A DNA stretch of 64,000 nucleotides from Macrostomum lignano (lineage: Eukaryota). Below the pieces are notes generated by a model. That model did no database searches. It saw only the letters and a list, made by a program, of their open reading frames with translations, and had not been told where the DNA came from. The stretch covers positions 68,303 through 132,302 of the forward strand of contig NIVC01000302.1 of NCBI GenBank assembly GCA_002269645.1, written 5' to 3'. Shown piece by piece: positions 12,650 to 24,800 of this stretch. The translations under genes were made by a program, and so were the position numbers. Position 1 is the first letter of the stretch. Each line of letters starts with the position of its first letter.

Positions 12650-13718
12650 CCAAACTCACCAAAAACTGGCAAAAACGATGCCCTTTATTAAACGGTAAAT
12701 AGGCACTGTGCCGCAAATACGAATAGAATCACTTCGTCCAATATATTTAGCTATAAAGGACAAAAATGCGTTCATAAGTAATAAAAACGACAACTTTGTA
12801 AATGCTTTGTAGGCAACCTTCGGAAAACACTGGACCATATAAAAACAAATTTTTCGAGCAAAAAACTGACGAATAACTGCAAAAACGGTCATTCAAAACT
12901 GATATGTAAATTCTAATGTAAAATATAACTGACGAATAACTGCAAAAACGGTCATTCAAAACTGACATGTAAAGTCTACTGTAAAATATAACTGACGAAT
13001 AACTGCAAAAACGGTCATAGTTCGACCATTAACTATCAAGAACTGCACAGCCGAGTCACTTCGCTGCACAAGCCATCCTCCATTTTTGAAGAAGCTGATA
13101 TTGCCAGCTTGCTCAGTGAAGCTGGACCACGACGTTATTCTATCAATGGCATTAAATGATCCTATTTCATCTTCCAACTGCCCACGTTGACTAAATAGAA
13201 CACCACGTCTGTTGACGTCTCTGGACTTTTCTGAAAGGACAACAAGACACCATGCTTGTAGTCATGTGTACCAAAAATTCATGTTTCAGTAGCAAGCAAA
13301 GTAAATATAAAAATTGCACAATAGCCTCACTTGGCTCAGTCAGGCGCAATAAAGCTGTTGGAACAGTAGGAAAGATGCTTGGAGGATGGCGTGGCCTCCA
13401 ATAACGACAGACTTTAACCATTGGAGTGTCAGCTGGCCAATGCTTTATACAAATTCCCATAGCTATACTTAGATACTGTCTACAAACAAATAATGTCATT
13501 TTTAATTACCATCAATATGAAAAAATTGAGACAAACATCTGACAATTAAAATAGCTAATTTCCAAAGAATTAAAAACACTACTTACCTTTACACTTACTG
13601 GCATACTTCTAAGCCATAGGTTTGCAGTATCTTGGTCTTTTGGGAATGAGTAAACTGTTGCTTTTTCACCAGTTGCATAGTTTGTCTTACAGTCTGGAAT
13701 ACAACATTTCATTGGCAT
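12650..13718 (-). mobile_element. Degenerate THAP/P-element-like transposase relic with an intron inside the THAP domain
   Basis: MPMKCCIPDCKTNY..VYSFPKD..LWLRSM|GTAAG intron, then GICIKHW..RPRHPPSIF. YSYLRHSAYLP near 12720 resembles the P-transposase Y..LR...LP motif. Stops and frameshifts present. Confidence 0.65.
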
Positions 13719-14639
13719 GGCTAAAGCTGAAAATAATAGTTTGGTTTACCATTGTCAACTTACTTAACAGTAAGAAATGGATAAAAAGGCTACTGACCAA
13801 TGGCCATGCAGTACATAGTAGGTATAGTATAAAACTATAGCTAGCAAATTAAACCCTTTAACTTATTGAAAATTGTATATTGCCTTAATAAAAACAGCTA
13901 AATTTTTGCTTATACCAAATAGTATAAACTATTTTTATGGCTACGCCTAAATTGGCTAGTGCCATTAGGCATATTTTTTGTTAGTAACTAAATTATTCAT
14001 TAATGCATTTCATATAGGCATACTTATCATAGCTATACATAAGCATAAGCAGAAGCATGAATAAGCCTAGCATATAGCTACAGCTAGCATAGTGAGGCAA
14101 ACTTTTAATCTTTTAATTTTTTGTTGGTAGCTAAATTATTCATTAATGCATTTCATATAGGCATACTTATCATAGCTACACATAACATAAGCAGCAGAAG
14201 CATGAATAGGCCTAAGCCTAGCAATAGCATATAGCTATAGCTAGCAAAGTGAGGCAAACTTCTGAGATATTATATTAGACCTATATCAACAGCTCACACA
14301 TGGTTCAAAAAATTAGAGTGTTCAAAGTCAACTGAAAACTTTTGCATAGATTGACAGGCCACAAAATAGGAAGGCATACAGGACTAGCTACACTAGCTAT
14401 AGCTATGCATTGTTAGCTATATAGTTAAAATCTATATAAATTGTACCCAACATTAAATTCCAACGAAAGCAATACAAAACAATGTCGGCAAGGTTCAATG
14501 GAAACAAATATTTTGATGTCTAGCAACGATATAGTATGGTCAAGGTGTTACTCAACTTTTTTGGTTAAAAAGTATAAAATTCCTATCTCGCTAATGCATT
14601 TTTCGTCGAAAATCGGCCTTCAACTATTTTCAACTTTTA

Positions 14640-16260
14640 CGTTGCTGGAGGCGAACACGCCACTCAGAGTTACAGACTCTTTGGCGTAGTTCTGCAGTGC
14701 AACTGACATAACCCTGGCATCGATGGCGCCGGGCAGAAGCTCTCTTCTTGAAGTATGGCAGTTGCGGCATGTGCTGGCGAGCCAGAACTCCGTAATGCTC
14801 TCAGGCTCCAATTGCAGATGCGGCAGAATGTTCTGCAGCAGTTCATTGACGTTCATTGGATCCCCTGGCACACATTGTAGAAGCTGAGTACAGTATTGAG
14901 CGCAGAAGAAGAACTATACTGTCACGTTTGCATAGCAAACAAGGCCACGATTGACAAGTCCATGAAGCTGGCACTCTCTGCTGTCCTGCTGCTGCCTGCT
15001 GTGCTGTGCGCTACCAGTTTCAGGCGTTTCACTGCCTCCCTGCTTTGGCTGCTTCGTTGGCAAAGGCTGAGCTATGCTGAATCCACGAAGTGCATGTACG
15101 TTGGCCGACACCTGTAGCTCCTGTATGCTCGTAAGCATACACGCCAAGGATCTTCAGTACAGCCATCGCCTGGCAGTCGCAAGCTGCAGTTCTGCTGCCG
15201 ACCTTGGCTGAGGAATAATAGCCATGGAGATGCTGCAAACCTGAGTCGCGGAAGCCAACTCGATTGTCCTTGCCACATCGCTGATGCGCAGAAGAACGCG
15301 ATAGTTCTTGGACTGATGGCGAGAGATCACCACAGCCAAAAATATCCACGAAGGTTGCCATTGGCCAAGCTTAATCGTCCAGTTTTTTGGAGGTTGCTCC
15401 TGCCTGAACTTCCAGCACTTCAGCCTCGCTGGCAAGTCTGTCGTCAGCTGCTCGAATTCTCTCCAATATTCCCCTACGAAGTCGCCTAGGACTTCTTGAA
15501 CTCGGATGTTCTAAATGTAATTGTCCGACTTCTCAAACTGGTACGGGCCAACCTCTTCCAGATTCAAGGCGCTGATGCGAGGAAAGTTGGCGCTGGCCGG
15601 ATCAAGTGCATTAACCGCGATCCATTTGCGCGAATTCGGAGACGGAATGCGAGTGACATCGCAGTCAAATTAAAGCCTCTCATTTTCGTCGAATTCATTT
15701 GACAGAAACATTCTTCTGGCGAAGTTCCTGCCAAACTCAAACATTGACTGACTTTTCGATGAAGGCGGCAGATGCTTCTTCGATCGGAATCCGGTTCTGG
15801 TTCTGGTTCGAACTGCGGTTGTACTTGCCCACGGAATTCTCAACGATCACATCCAAGCGACTGCGATCGCTGAAGCTGCACGGCTGCAGCCACTGATATC
15901 TCTGGTTAAGGTGCCTCTCGTTAACCCACCTGTCTTGCTTGATCGCGGCAAAGGTGCATTCGACAAGGTAGCGAAACATGGTTGCGCATCTGCTAGTATT
16001 GGCCTCAGCTGCTTTCAGGTTACCAGAAATCGGCCGACCCTTGATCGGAACAGGGTTTGTGACGTGCTCAAAGTTGGCATTCAGTACTGGATCACCTGTT
16101 GAGCTGGGAAACATAAGCGAAGTATCGCCCCCATTTTGCTGCAAGGCAAACTTGCCTGCTGTATCCCTTGTCGAATATCCCCACAACTTTGCAACTAGAG
16201 TCCCTGAAACACAGCAAGCTCAGGAGTCAGATCCGGCTCAATCTAGAGCAATCTAGAGCC
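14640..16260 (-). mobile_element. Degraded Harbinger/ISL2EU-group (DDE_Tnp_4-like plus SWIM-like) transposase relic
   Basis: EANTSRCATMFRYLVECTFAAIK (cf. EANxSRxxTxxRWVVExxxGxxK), SRHQSKNYRV, and GYYSSAKVGSRTAACDCQAMAVL (degenerate GWYCxCKxGxRxxGCCAH SWIM), in different frames. Motif recall only. Confidence 0.5.
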
Positions 16261-16794
16261 TGGATTGCAAGGAAACTGTGACCGCTCAAATCCCATCTGG
16301 AGTTCACTTGGCAAACAAGCTGTACAGTGTCGTTCACACTGGATTGACAGCAACATCGGAAGCAGTTCTGGAAATTTTCATGCTGTTGGAATCTTTTTTG
16401 GCTCATTACCGAAAACTACATTACCGCCGCCACCGAGACCGCAGCCTCCGGCTTCGCCTCCGCTGCCACCTCCACCGCCCAAGGAGGTCTTCCAGGCGCA
16501 CCTGTACGCTCCGCCGCCGGCGAAGAAGCCTGGCGCCGCTGTCAAGCGGGTGACCATCCGGGAGCCTGGGCCGGCGCTGGTCCGCGCCAATACGATTCAG
16601 CGGCAGCGCCTGTCTGCGAGGTCGGCAACGAGTTTGCAGTGTGAAAAACTGAAAGCTGATTTTTGTACGAATGCGAGCGTACTGGTACTCGCTGAGATCC
16701 CCAATAGGCTGCTCATTCTGGCATTCCTGCGTATGCTTTAAATCTGACCTCAGAGGGTTGTGGAGGCAGGAACTGTGCAGGCAATGGTGAGGGG

Positions 16795-17490
16795 GAATGA
16801 TGGGGAAAGAGACAAGACTGTTGCAGGAAATGATTCAGGGAATGATTCAGTGAATGATGCGGGGAATGATCCATAAATGATGCAGGGAATGATTCGGGAG
16901 TGATGCAGTGAATGATTCATGAATGATGCAGGGAATGATTCGGGAATGATGCAGTGCATGATGCAGGGAATGATTCGGGAATGATGCAGGGAATGATTCG
17001 TGAATGATGCAGTGCATGATGCAGGGAATGATTCGGGAATGATGCAGGGAATGATTCGTGAATGATGCAGTGCATGATGCAGGGAATGATTCGGGAATGA
17101 TGCAGTGCATGATGCAGGGAATGATTCGGGAATGATGCAGTGCATGATGCAGGGAATGATTCGGGAATGATGCAGTGCATGATGCAGTGCATGATGCAGG
17201 GAATGATGCAGGGAATGATGCAGGGAATGATTCGGGAATGATGCAGTGCATGATGCAGGGAATGATTCGGGAATGATGCAGTGCATGATGCAGGGAATGA
17301 TTCGGGAATGATGCAGTGCATGATGCAGGGAATGATGCAGGGAATGATTCGGGAATGATGCAGGGAATGATTCGGGAATGATGCAGTGCATGATGCAGGG
17401 AATGATTCGGGAATGATGCAGTGCATGATGCAGGGAATGATTCGGGAATGATGCAGTGCATGATGCAGTGCATGATGCAGTGCATGAGCC
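16795..17490. repeat. Complex minisatellite of GGGAATGAT / GCAGTGCATGAT modules
   Basis: Tandem modules read directly; they generate spurious repetitive ORFs. Confidence 0.92.
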
Positions 17491-18329
17491 GCCCAAGCTG
17501 AGAATATCTAAATGAACTATTATATAGCCAGCACAGCAGACGAGTGTGAGAAGCGCAGAGTTGATAAAATTCACGCTTTTCAGCTTGAAAATACATTTAT
17601 TTTAGACCTGTGCATGGCACACAGAAATTAAATAATACACTTGTAGATGCGGGTTAATCGAATAAGGTCGTCTCAAAGTAAAAATAACAAACAATAAATG
17701 AATTCAACCTTTGTACGCAGTGCCTTTACAGAAGCGGATCAAATAGGCTGTAGCGCAAATTCTGTCTGTCTAGAGCTGTGCTCAAGTACAGAGAAATCAC
17801 GGAAATAATTGAGAAGTGAAAATAAAGCGCAAGAACACTAAAAGCACTACTTGAATAGGCGGCAGTAGTGCAATTAAGTAGACTCAGATTATGTTTTTTC
17901 TATAATAAAACACAGTCGAGTTTCTGTCTCAGCCTGACGCTAAGCAGTGAAGCTTTACTCGCAGCAGTCATTCTCGAGCGGCTCGCTTGCCGCCAACTGC
18001 CGCCAACTCCAAGTCGCAATCGCTCAATGGCCGTTTCAACGCCTTACGCTCTCTTGGCTGCAAATAATAATGGCAATAATAATAATTACTATTAGTATTA
18101 TTGCTATTTGGGTCCAGCGACTCGTCTTCCAGTTCGGACCGCGACAAGGAGAAGGCATTGCTGTGCATCAGGTGCGCAGTCCACCGCTGATAGGCCCTCC
18201 TAGTAGCCGCGACCAGGGCCGCTGCTTCGGGTGGCCAAGGTATGGAGGACATGGGCTGGCAGGAAAACTGTTTAAGTCCGTATTTAAATCAACTGCCAAT
18301 GCTGCATGGATTTCAAAGGTTCCCCGAGT

Positions 18330-18598
18330 AGACTGATATATTCCTGCACGGTCACGAGTGCGGGAATGACATCTGCACGAGTGCGCGCTAGCGCACGAGT
18401 GCACGATGTCCTTCACGCACGAGTGAACGTGAAGGAATTCCATTGTCGGATGATTCATCGTGCAGGAATGCACAAAACCGTGCAGGAATGCATTTCTGCG
18501 CCTAATGCTTTTTCAGTGAGATTTTACCATAGACATCCATTCCTGCACGCAAAAGAGTGCAAGAATGCCATTCTTGCATGGAAAATCAGCCGACAATG
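18330..18598 (+). repeat. Dispersed ~250-bp repeat (copy 2)
   Basis: Matches 11911-12163 with a short internal insertion. Confidence 0.85.
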
Positions 18599-18946
18599 AA
18601 GCTATTTGTTAGCTTTCTATTGGCCATAGACAATTCCTGTTTTTTTCATTTCAATCCCCAGGTTGGCCTATTTTGAGTTGGCTTGCGATAAGTAGTATTT
18701 TCGCTGAGTCTGCTCGACCACGAGGGTTGAGTCATGAAGAGCTTCGAGTATTATTGAGGCGCAAAATGACCTACGAGTATACTTTAAGACTAAAACTATA
18801 GAGTTAGACATGGGCATTGAGTTCTGAATCCTGGAAGAGCGAAGCTACCATAGAGGATTCATTGCACGCACATTTGTCACCCAGTGCAAAACAATCAGGG
18901 TGTAAGAGTATATTACTAGAACAGCTATAGAAAATTTACGGGATCC

Positions 18947-19918
18947 ATGATCAGCACTAAGAATTCCAATGCAATGCCAAGCAGTAAAGGCAGAAGAAAT
19001 TCGCGAACGAAGGAGGCCATCGAGCTCGGCTGCAGCGCCGCCGTTCTGCATCGCCGAGTAAAAAACGAACCAATCAACGCCACAGAGCTGCAGTCAGCGA
19101 GACCTGACAGACGCAGTTTCACCGTGTCCTGTCGCTTGAATGTCGGCGACAGTTCCAGTTCGAGCTCCGTCTGCTCCGGCAACGGGGCCTGTCTGGCCAA
19201 CTGGAACCAGACGCAGCAGCAGCAGCAGCCGCCGCCGCCGCCTCCGCAGCCACTGCAGGCGTTTCCGTTGCACCTGCCGCTGCCGCCAGAAGACGACGGA
19301 ATCAGCATGCGGCAGCCGTCGAGCAGCACAGACTTTGGCGCCGTGCCAAAATGGTCCGACCGGCTGCTGCTGGTGCTGAAGCCGGCCGAGCTGCCGCAGG
19401 ACGATGCTGGACACCAGTCGCCACCCCAGTTCGTTGCGCACCAGTCGCGCCAGATTTTCTGTGTAGTATTCCACCTAAACTTGCTAGCCAAACTGCTTGG
19501 CAATCTGCCAACTCTCAAGGCCATAGTTAACAAGACCAAGTGCTGTGTGAAGCTGCGCGACGCACTGATGTTGCGCCGCCTGGCGCGCACCGGCTGCATG
19601 GTGAAGTACATGCTGTTCTCATTAGAGAGCGACGCCAAATGGAGCACGGACGCTTGCCTGCGCTTCCTGGAGGACTTCGACCCGGCCTTCTCAGCCAGGC
19701 GTCAATGGCGCTGCCGGGTTGGCAGCTCTGGCTGCCCGCTGGTGCTGCTGTGGAACCGCAGCGTCCCGGAGAACACCCTGCTGAGCATGTACGGCCAGCG
19801 GCTCATGAGCATGGCCAGCTGCTTCTGCTGCAGCCCGGTGGGGCCTCAGACTGACTGGCTGCTCCGAAGGGAGAAGCCGTCGCAGGAAGAGGAGCCTCCG
19901 GAGGGCCTTCTGGGCTGA
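18947..19918 (+). CDS. Uncharacterised 323-aa protein (Q/P-rich linker, possible degenerate KH-like segment)
   Basis: Long GC-rich ORF whose composition and polyQ/P tract resemble the confirmed host exons; not repeat-derived. The 5' end may be spliced. Confidence 0.55.
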   Translation: MISTKNSNAMPSSKGRRNSRTKEAIELGCSAAVLHRRVKNEPINATELQSARPDRRSFTVSCRLNVGDSSSSSSVCSGNGACLANWNQTQQQQQPPPPPPQPLQAFPLHLPLPPEDDGISMRQPSSSTDFGAVPKWSDRLLLVLKPAELPQDDAGHQSPPQFVAHQSRQIFCVVFHLNLLAKLLGNLPTLKAIVNKTKCCVKLRDALMLRRLARTGCMVKYMLFSLESDAKWSTDACLRFLEDFDPAFSARRQWRCRVGSSGCPLVLLWNRSVPENTLLSMYGQRLMSMASCFCCSPVGPQTDWLLRREKPSQEEEPPEGLLG

Positions 19919-20319
19919 ACTAATTCAAGAACCCGCCGGTTTGTTTAGACAGACCAGAGCTTCAAGTGGCGGATGGGATGCTGTTTGTCTATCCAAGCTT
20001 AATTTAAACCGCACTTAACTTTCGAAGGATTTCCCATTAAGATATTTTTAGACTGTCTGGGTCTGCTACGGAACTGGAGTTTGCCAAGTTTCCAAGAAAC
20101 GAACTAGACTTAGAAAAGGCCGCTTTTAAACTGTAAAATAATATACAGTATAGCTTTCTTCTTTTATTTGAATTTTTCTTTAAATCGACAGGCTTAAATA
20201 TAAACCTAGTAATATAAGATGATAACCAATACTGTCTAATGTGAAATTGGACGTAAATAAATGTGTAACATTTACTTCAACATTTTCTAATAAGGTTTTA
20301 TTGCTGCAAATATGCCTAC

Positions 20320-20715
20320 GGGGCAGGAGTTGGGACACACTGAGAGTGAGGTGGGTGTTGATAAAGGCAGGAATACTATAGGGCGAGGTTGGGGACATGG
20401 GGAGCTGAGTCTTCGGATCGCCTTGCAGCTATTTTCAAGAGGTGGGTGTCGGGCGGGGTAGGAATGCTACATGACAGGGGTTGAGGACACACTGGGAGTG
20501 AGGTGGGTGTCGGGAGGGGTAGGAATGCTACATGACAGGGGTTGAGGACACACTGGGAGTGAGGTGGGTGTCGGGAGGGGTAGGAATGCTACAGGGCAGG
20601 GGTTAGAGACACACTGGGAGTGAGGTGGGTGTCGGGAGGGGTAGGAATGCTACATAGCAGGGGTTGTGGACACACTGGGAGTGAGGTGGGTGTCAAGAGG
20701 GGTACGAATGCTACA
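20320..20715. repeat. 61-bp G-rich tandem repeat
   Basis: GGAATGCTAC recurs at 20461, 20522 and 20583. Confidence 0.9.
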
Positions 20716-21364
20716 GCGCCAAAATTTGAGTTCCGATGGCGTTCACACAATGTTGTTCATAAAGCAGTAAGTTAAAAAAGTTCCAAAAAGACAAATCAGA
20801 AAGCAATATGTTTACAGGGTGACTCCACAGAAATCACGGTATTTTAAGACGCACAGTTAAACGTACTACAAGTACAGAATTAATATTATTTTGCAATATA
20901 TATTTAACTATTCCGACAAGACGTTTTAAATAAATAACTTACAAAATGAACAGCGCGACGAGCAAGTTAAGCTTGCGGATTTCAGCTAAAAAAGTACAAG
21001 CAAGAACCAAGTCTTAACTCCCATGTATTTTTGGAGTTGAAGTTCAAACGATAAGGACACGAGATGCACAAGAAAATGTGTCAGAAACGCAGCTGCTCCC
21101 TAGGCATATTCGTTAACCTGTCTTGTAAGAAAAGAACGCATTAAAGTTCGCAGAAGTTGCTTCAATTGTTCAAGAAACTAAATAAATTAACCAAGCTATT
21201 ATCGAAGAGCAACAATACTAAAGAAGCGGCTCTACAACCCTGCATCTCCACGAGACTATTCTATTCAATTAGGCATAGATTCTAGCCTCGATCTGTTGTT
21301 ACTCCGCTAGGAACTAAAATGGCGGGCTTAAAAAAGCATTTGAAATCTACAAGGCCCAACAAGC

Positions 21365-21860
21365 CTAGCTGGCATAGCTACTGGTGGCCTCACCCTTGCT
21401 AGCCAGGCTGGCCAGAGCCGCTCGCAATTCTCGGACAAGCTCGGACGAGGACGCCGAAGTAGATGAAGATTCTGCGGCTAATTGAGCGCGCAGTTCGCGA
21501 AGGGCTTGAGCGGTGCGCGGCTCCAGCTCTGCGCCGCCGACTCCGGGCTCGCTGCCGCTGCACATGGCCAGCCGGTCAACCAGGGCGGGATCCGCGGCCA
21601 GCAGGCGGCTGAGATCGGCGGCCAGCTCCTGAGGCGCGGCGCGCCTGTCTCTGGTCTCGAGTAGGGGAGCCGCCTGCGGCTGCTGTTGTTGCTGCTGCCG
21701 TTGATGCTGTTGCTGCTGATGCTGTTGCTGCTGATGCTGATGCTGCTGATGCTGGCCATGATGATAACCAGCTGTTCTTTTCATCTCGCGCTCCTGCAGG
21801 TCCACTACGCTGGATGTGCGGGACAGGCCTTGGCGACCGGGAAACTGCTGCTGCTGCTGT

Positions 21861-21892
<32 letters not shown>

Positions 21893-24800
21893 TTGTTGTT
21901 GTTGCTGTTGCTTTCGCTTCTTTTTGCTCCACATCTCGTGACAGTCCTGTGTTAAAAGTACACACAGTAGCAGTTAATATTGACGTCAAATGTAAGGCGA
22001 CTGAAGGATCTGTGAGGCTACTGAAGGATCTGTGAGGCTACTGAAGGATCTGTGAGGCTACTGAAAGATCTGTGAGGCTACTGAAAGATCTGTGAGGCTA
22101 CTGGAAGATCTGTGAGGCTACTGAAGGATCTGTGAGGCTACTGAAGGATCTGTGAAGCTACTGAAGGATCTGTGAGGCTACTGAAGGATCTGTAAGGCTA
22201 CTAAAGGATCTATGAGGCTACTGAAGGATCTGTGAGGCTACTAAAGGATCTGTGAGGCTACTGAAGGATCTGTGAGGCTACTAAAGGATCTGTAAGGCTA
22301 CTGAAGGATCTGTGAGGCTACTGAAAGATCTGTGAGGCTACTGAAAGATCTGTGAGGCTTCTGAAGGATCTGTGAGGCTACTGAAAGATCTGTGAGGCTA
22401 CTGAAAGATGAGAATATTAAAAGATCTGTGATTCCCTAACCTGATCAGTGGGCAGGCTAGGCGGAGGCACTTTAGCTGGGTCAACATCGCGCAGCCAGGG
22501 TCCGTCAAGCGCCTGTTGAGCGGAGCAGCGCTTCTCCGGGTCCAGCTGCAGCATCTGGTCCAGCAGGTCGAGCGCCAGTTCTGGCAAGAAGGCGAGCTCT
22601 TCGCGCAGGCGTCGGCGATGCTGCCGGCGGGGCTTGTATACGGCGAAGTCGCGCAGGCGGACAACGCTGGGCCACAGGGCCGGACAGGGGGTGCCGCACA
22701 GCTGGAAACGAGGACAGTTTGCATGCACTGCTAATTACGAGGGCTGTACCCAAAAGTAGCGTTACTTTTGATTGTATCTCTCGTTCTGATGATCCAAACA
22801 ACATAATTTCGCACAGCTTTTACATCCTAGCATATGGTCCACTATTCTGGGACTATGGACCAAATCAATGCTTTTTGGACCAAATTAAATACCGCTCCAT
22901 TACATTGGCAAACCTATCTTGGATTAAACTCAATGCACGTAGGCCCAATAGGCTGCAAAAAGCTATTATCACTTTTGACGATCTAAATGGGAATTTGGAC
23001 AATCAAAACGGGATGCCATAGACATTCAAGCCAGGCCTCAGACCACACCCTAGTCATGGACTTTACCAGTTTAGCAAAGTCTACTACTGAGGGAGGCTTG
23101 GCCATAGACTATAACTTTGGACATTCAATATGGGAGAAAGCCATTCAATACGGGAATCGGACTGAGATTTTACAGCTCTCAGTCCCTCCCTCCCCTGTTT
23201 GCTCGTCTTTGGCCTGGTGAAAGCAACCCCATTCAATGGCGCCACCAATTCCGGTAGCAGATCGCCAGCGGCTGATTGATGCGATTGAACATGGGTCATC
23301 CATCGCAGGAGGAGCTGCAAGAATCTTGCAAATCAAGAAAACAACCGCATTCCGAATCGCTGCCAACTATCGACTCGATGGCAGAGTGCAGAATCCCTTC
23401 CTCGCTGTGGTCAGAACGTTACTACTTCTAATTCTTGGTTTAGGAACTCGATGAAAATTGTTCCCTAACGCTCAAGGAGTTCTGAGTTACACTTTGTTCA
23501 CTTTTAAATATTCCAGTGGCCCTGAGATATATGCTGTTCCACAGAGGACTCACCTGACTGATAGCCTCCAGCTGCTCCGGCTCCCTGTTAGCCTGGAACA
23601 GCGGCTTCCTCGTGAACAACTCGCCCAATATGCACCCGCAAGACCAAATGTCAATAGCTGTAGAATACTGCAGCTCCCCCAGAAGCAGCTCAGGCGGCCT
23701 GTACCACAGAGTGATGACCGGATTAGTGTAAGGCCGGTCCTCGCCAGCTACTAGGCGAGCTAATCCGAAATCCGCCAGCTTAATCTGGCCCTGATTATTA
23801 ATTAACACGTTGGAGCATTTGATGTCGCGATGAAGGAACCGCTTGCCGTGGCAATAATTCAATCCGTCCAGCAGCTGCTTCATCATGCCGGCAATGTGCC
23901 GCTCGGTGAACTCGGCCTCCGAGGACTCCAGCAGGCCGAACAGATCGTGGTCCATGTAATCGAACACCAGGTAGAAAGCCGCCTCGTCAGCGAGTATCTC
24001 GCTGAGATTGACAATATTGGGATGGTGCAGTTGTTTGAGGATTTTAATCTCGCGAACAGCCGTGATTGGGAAGCCTTCTTTCTCTTTTTCCAAGCGGACT
24101 CGCTTGAGCGCGCGCAGTTCTCCGTTGTCTTTGTCGCGCGCTTTGTACACCTGGCCGTAGGCGCCTTCGCCAACTTGGGCCAAGATTTCAAAATTGGCCA
24201 GAGTCCGGTCCAAGAATACCTGGGCGGGAGGGTGGATGTTTTAACTGCTACCATTACTACGATACTACTAGAACTACAACCATACTACTCGTACTAGAAC
24301 TACTACGATGCTACTAGAACTACTACGATACTACTCGTACTAGAACTACTACGATGCTACTAGAACTACTACGATTCTACTCGTACTAGAACTACTACGA
24401 TACTACTAGTACTACTACGATGCTACTAGAACTACTACGATGCTACTAGAACTACTACGATACTGCTAGTACTACTACGATACTACTCGTACTAGAACTA
24501 CTACGATGCTACTAGAACTACTACGATTCTACTCGTACTAGAACTACTACGATGCTACTAGAACTACTACGATTCTACTCGTACTAGAACTACTACGATA
24601 CTACTAGTACTACTACGATGCTACTAGAACTACTACGATGCTACTAGAACTACTACGATACTGCTAGTACTACTACGATACTGCTAGTACTACTACGATG
24701 CTACTAGAACTACTACGATACTGCTAGAACTACTACGATACTGCTAGTACTACTACGATACTGCTAGAACTACTAGGATGCTACTAGAACTACTACGATA

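Noticed and set aside
16265-16741. Pro-rich ORF as a formin/WASP-like exon
   Set aside because: Only a short poly-Pro patch; no flanking domain and no convincing splice partners found.
16750-17596. Long repetitive ORFs (also 35414-36179, 38310-39101, 39565-40453, 53583-54570, 58028-58306)
   Set aside because: They are translations of stop-free minisatellites in several frames or strands, mostly inside introns of confirmed genes.
11911-18598. Direct repeats as an LTR pair
   Set aside because: No gag/pol between them, left boundaries differ, and no TSD was found.
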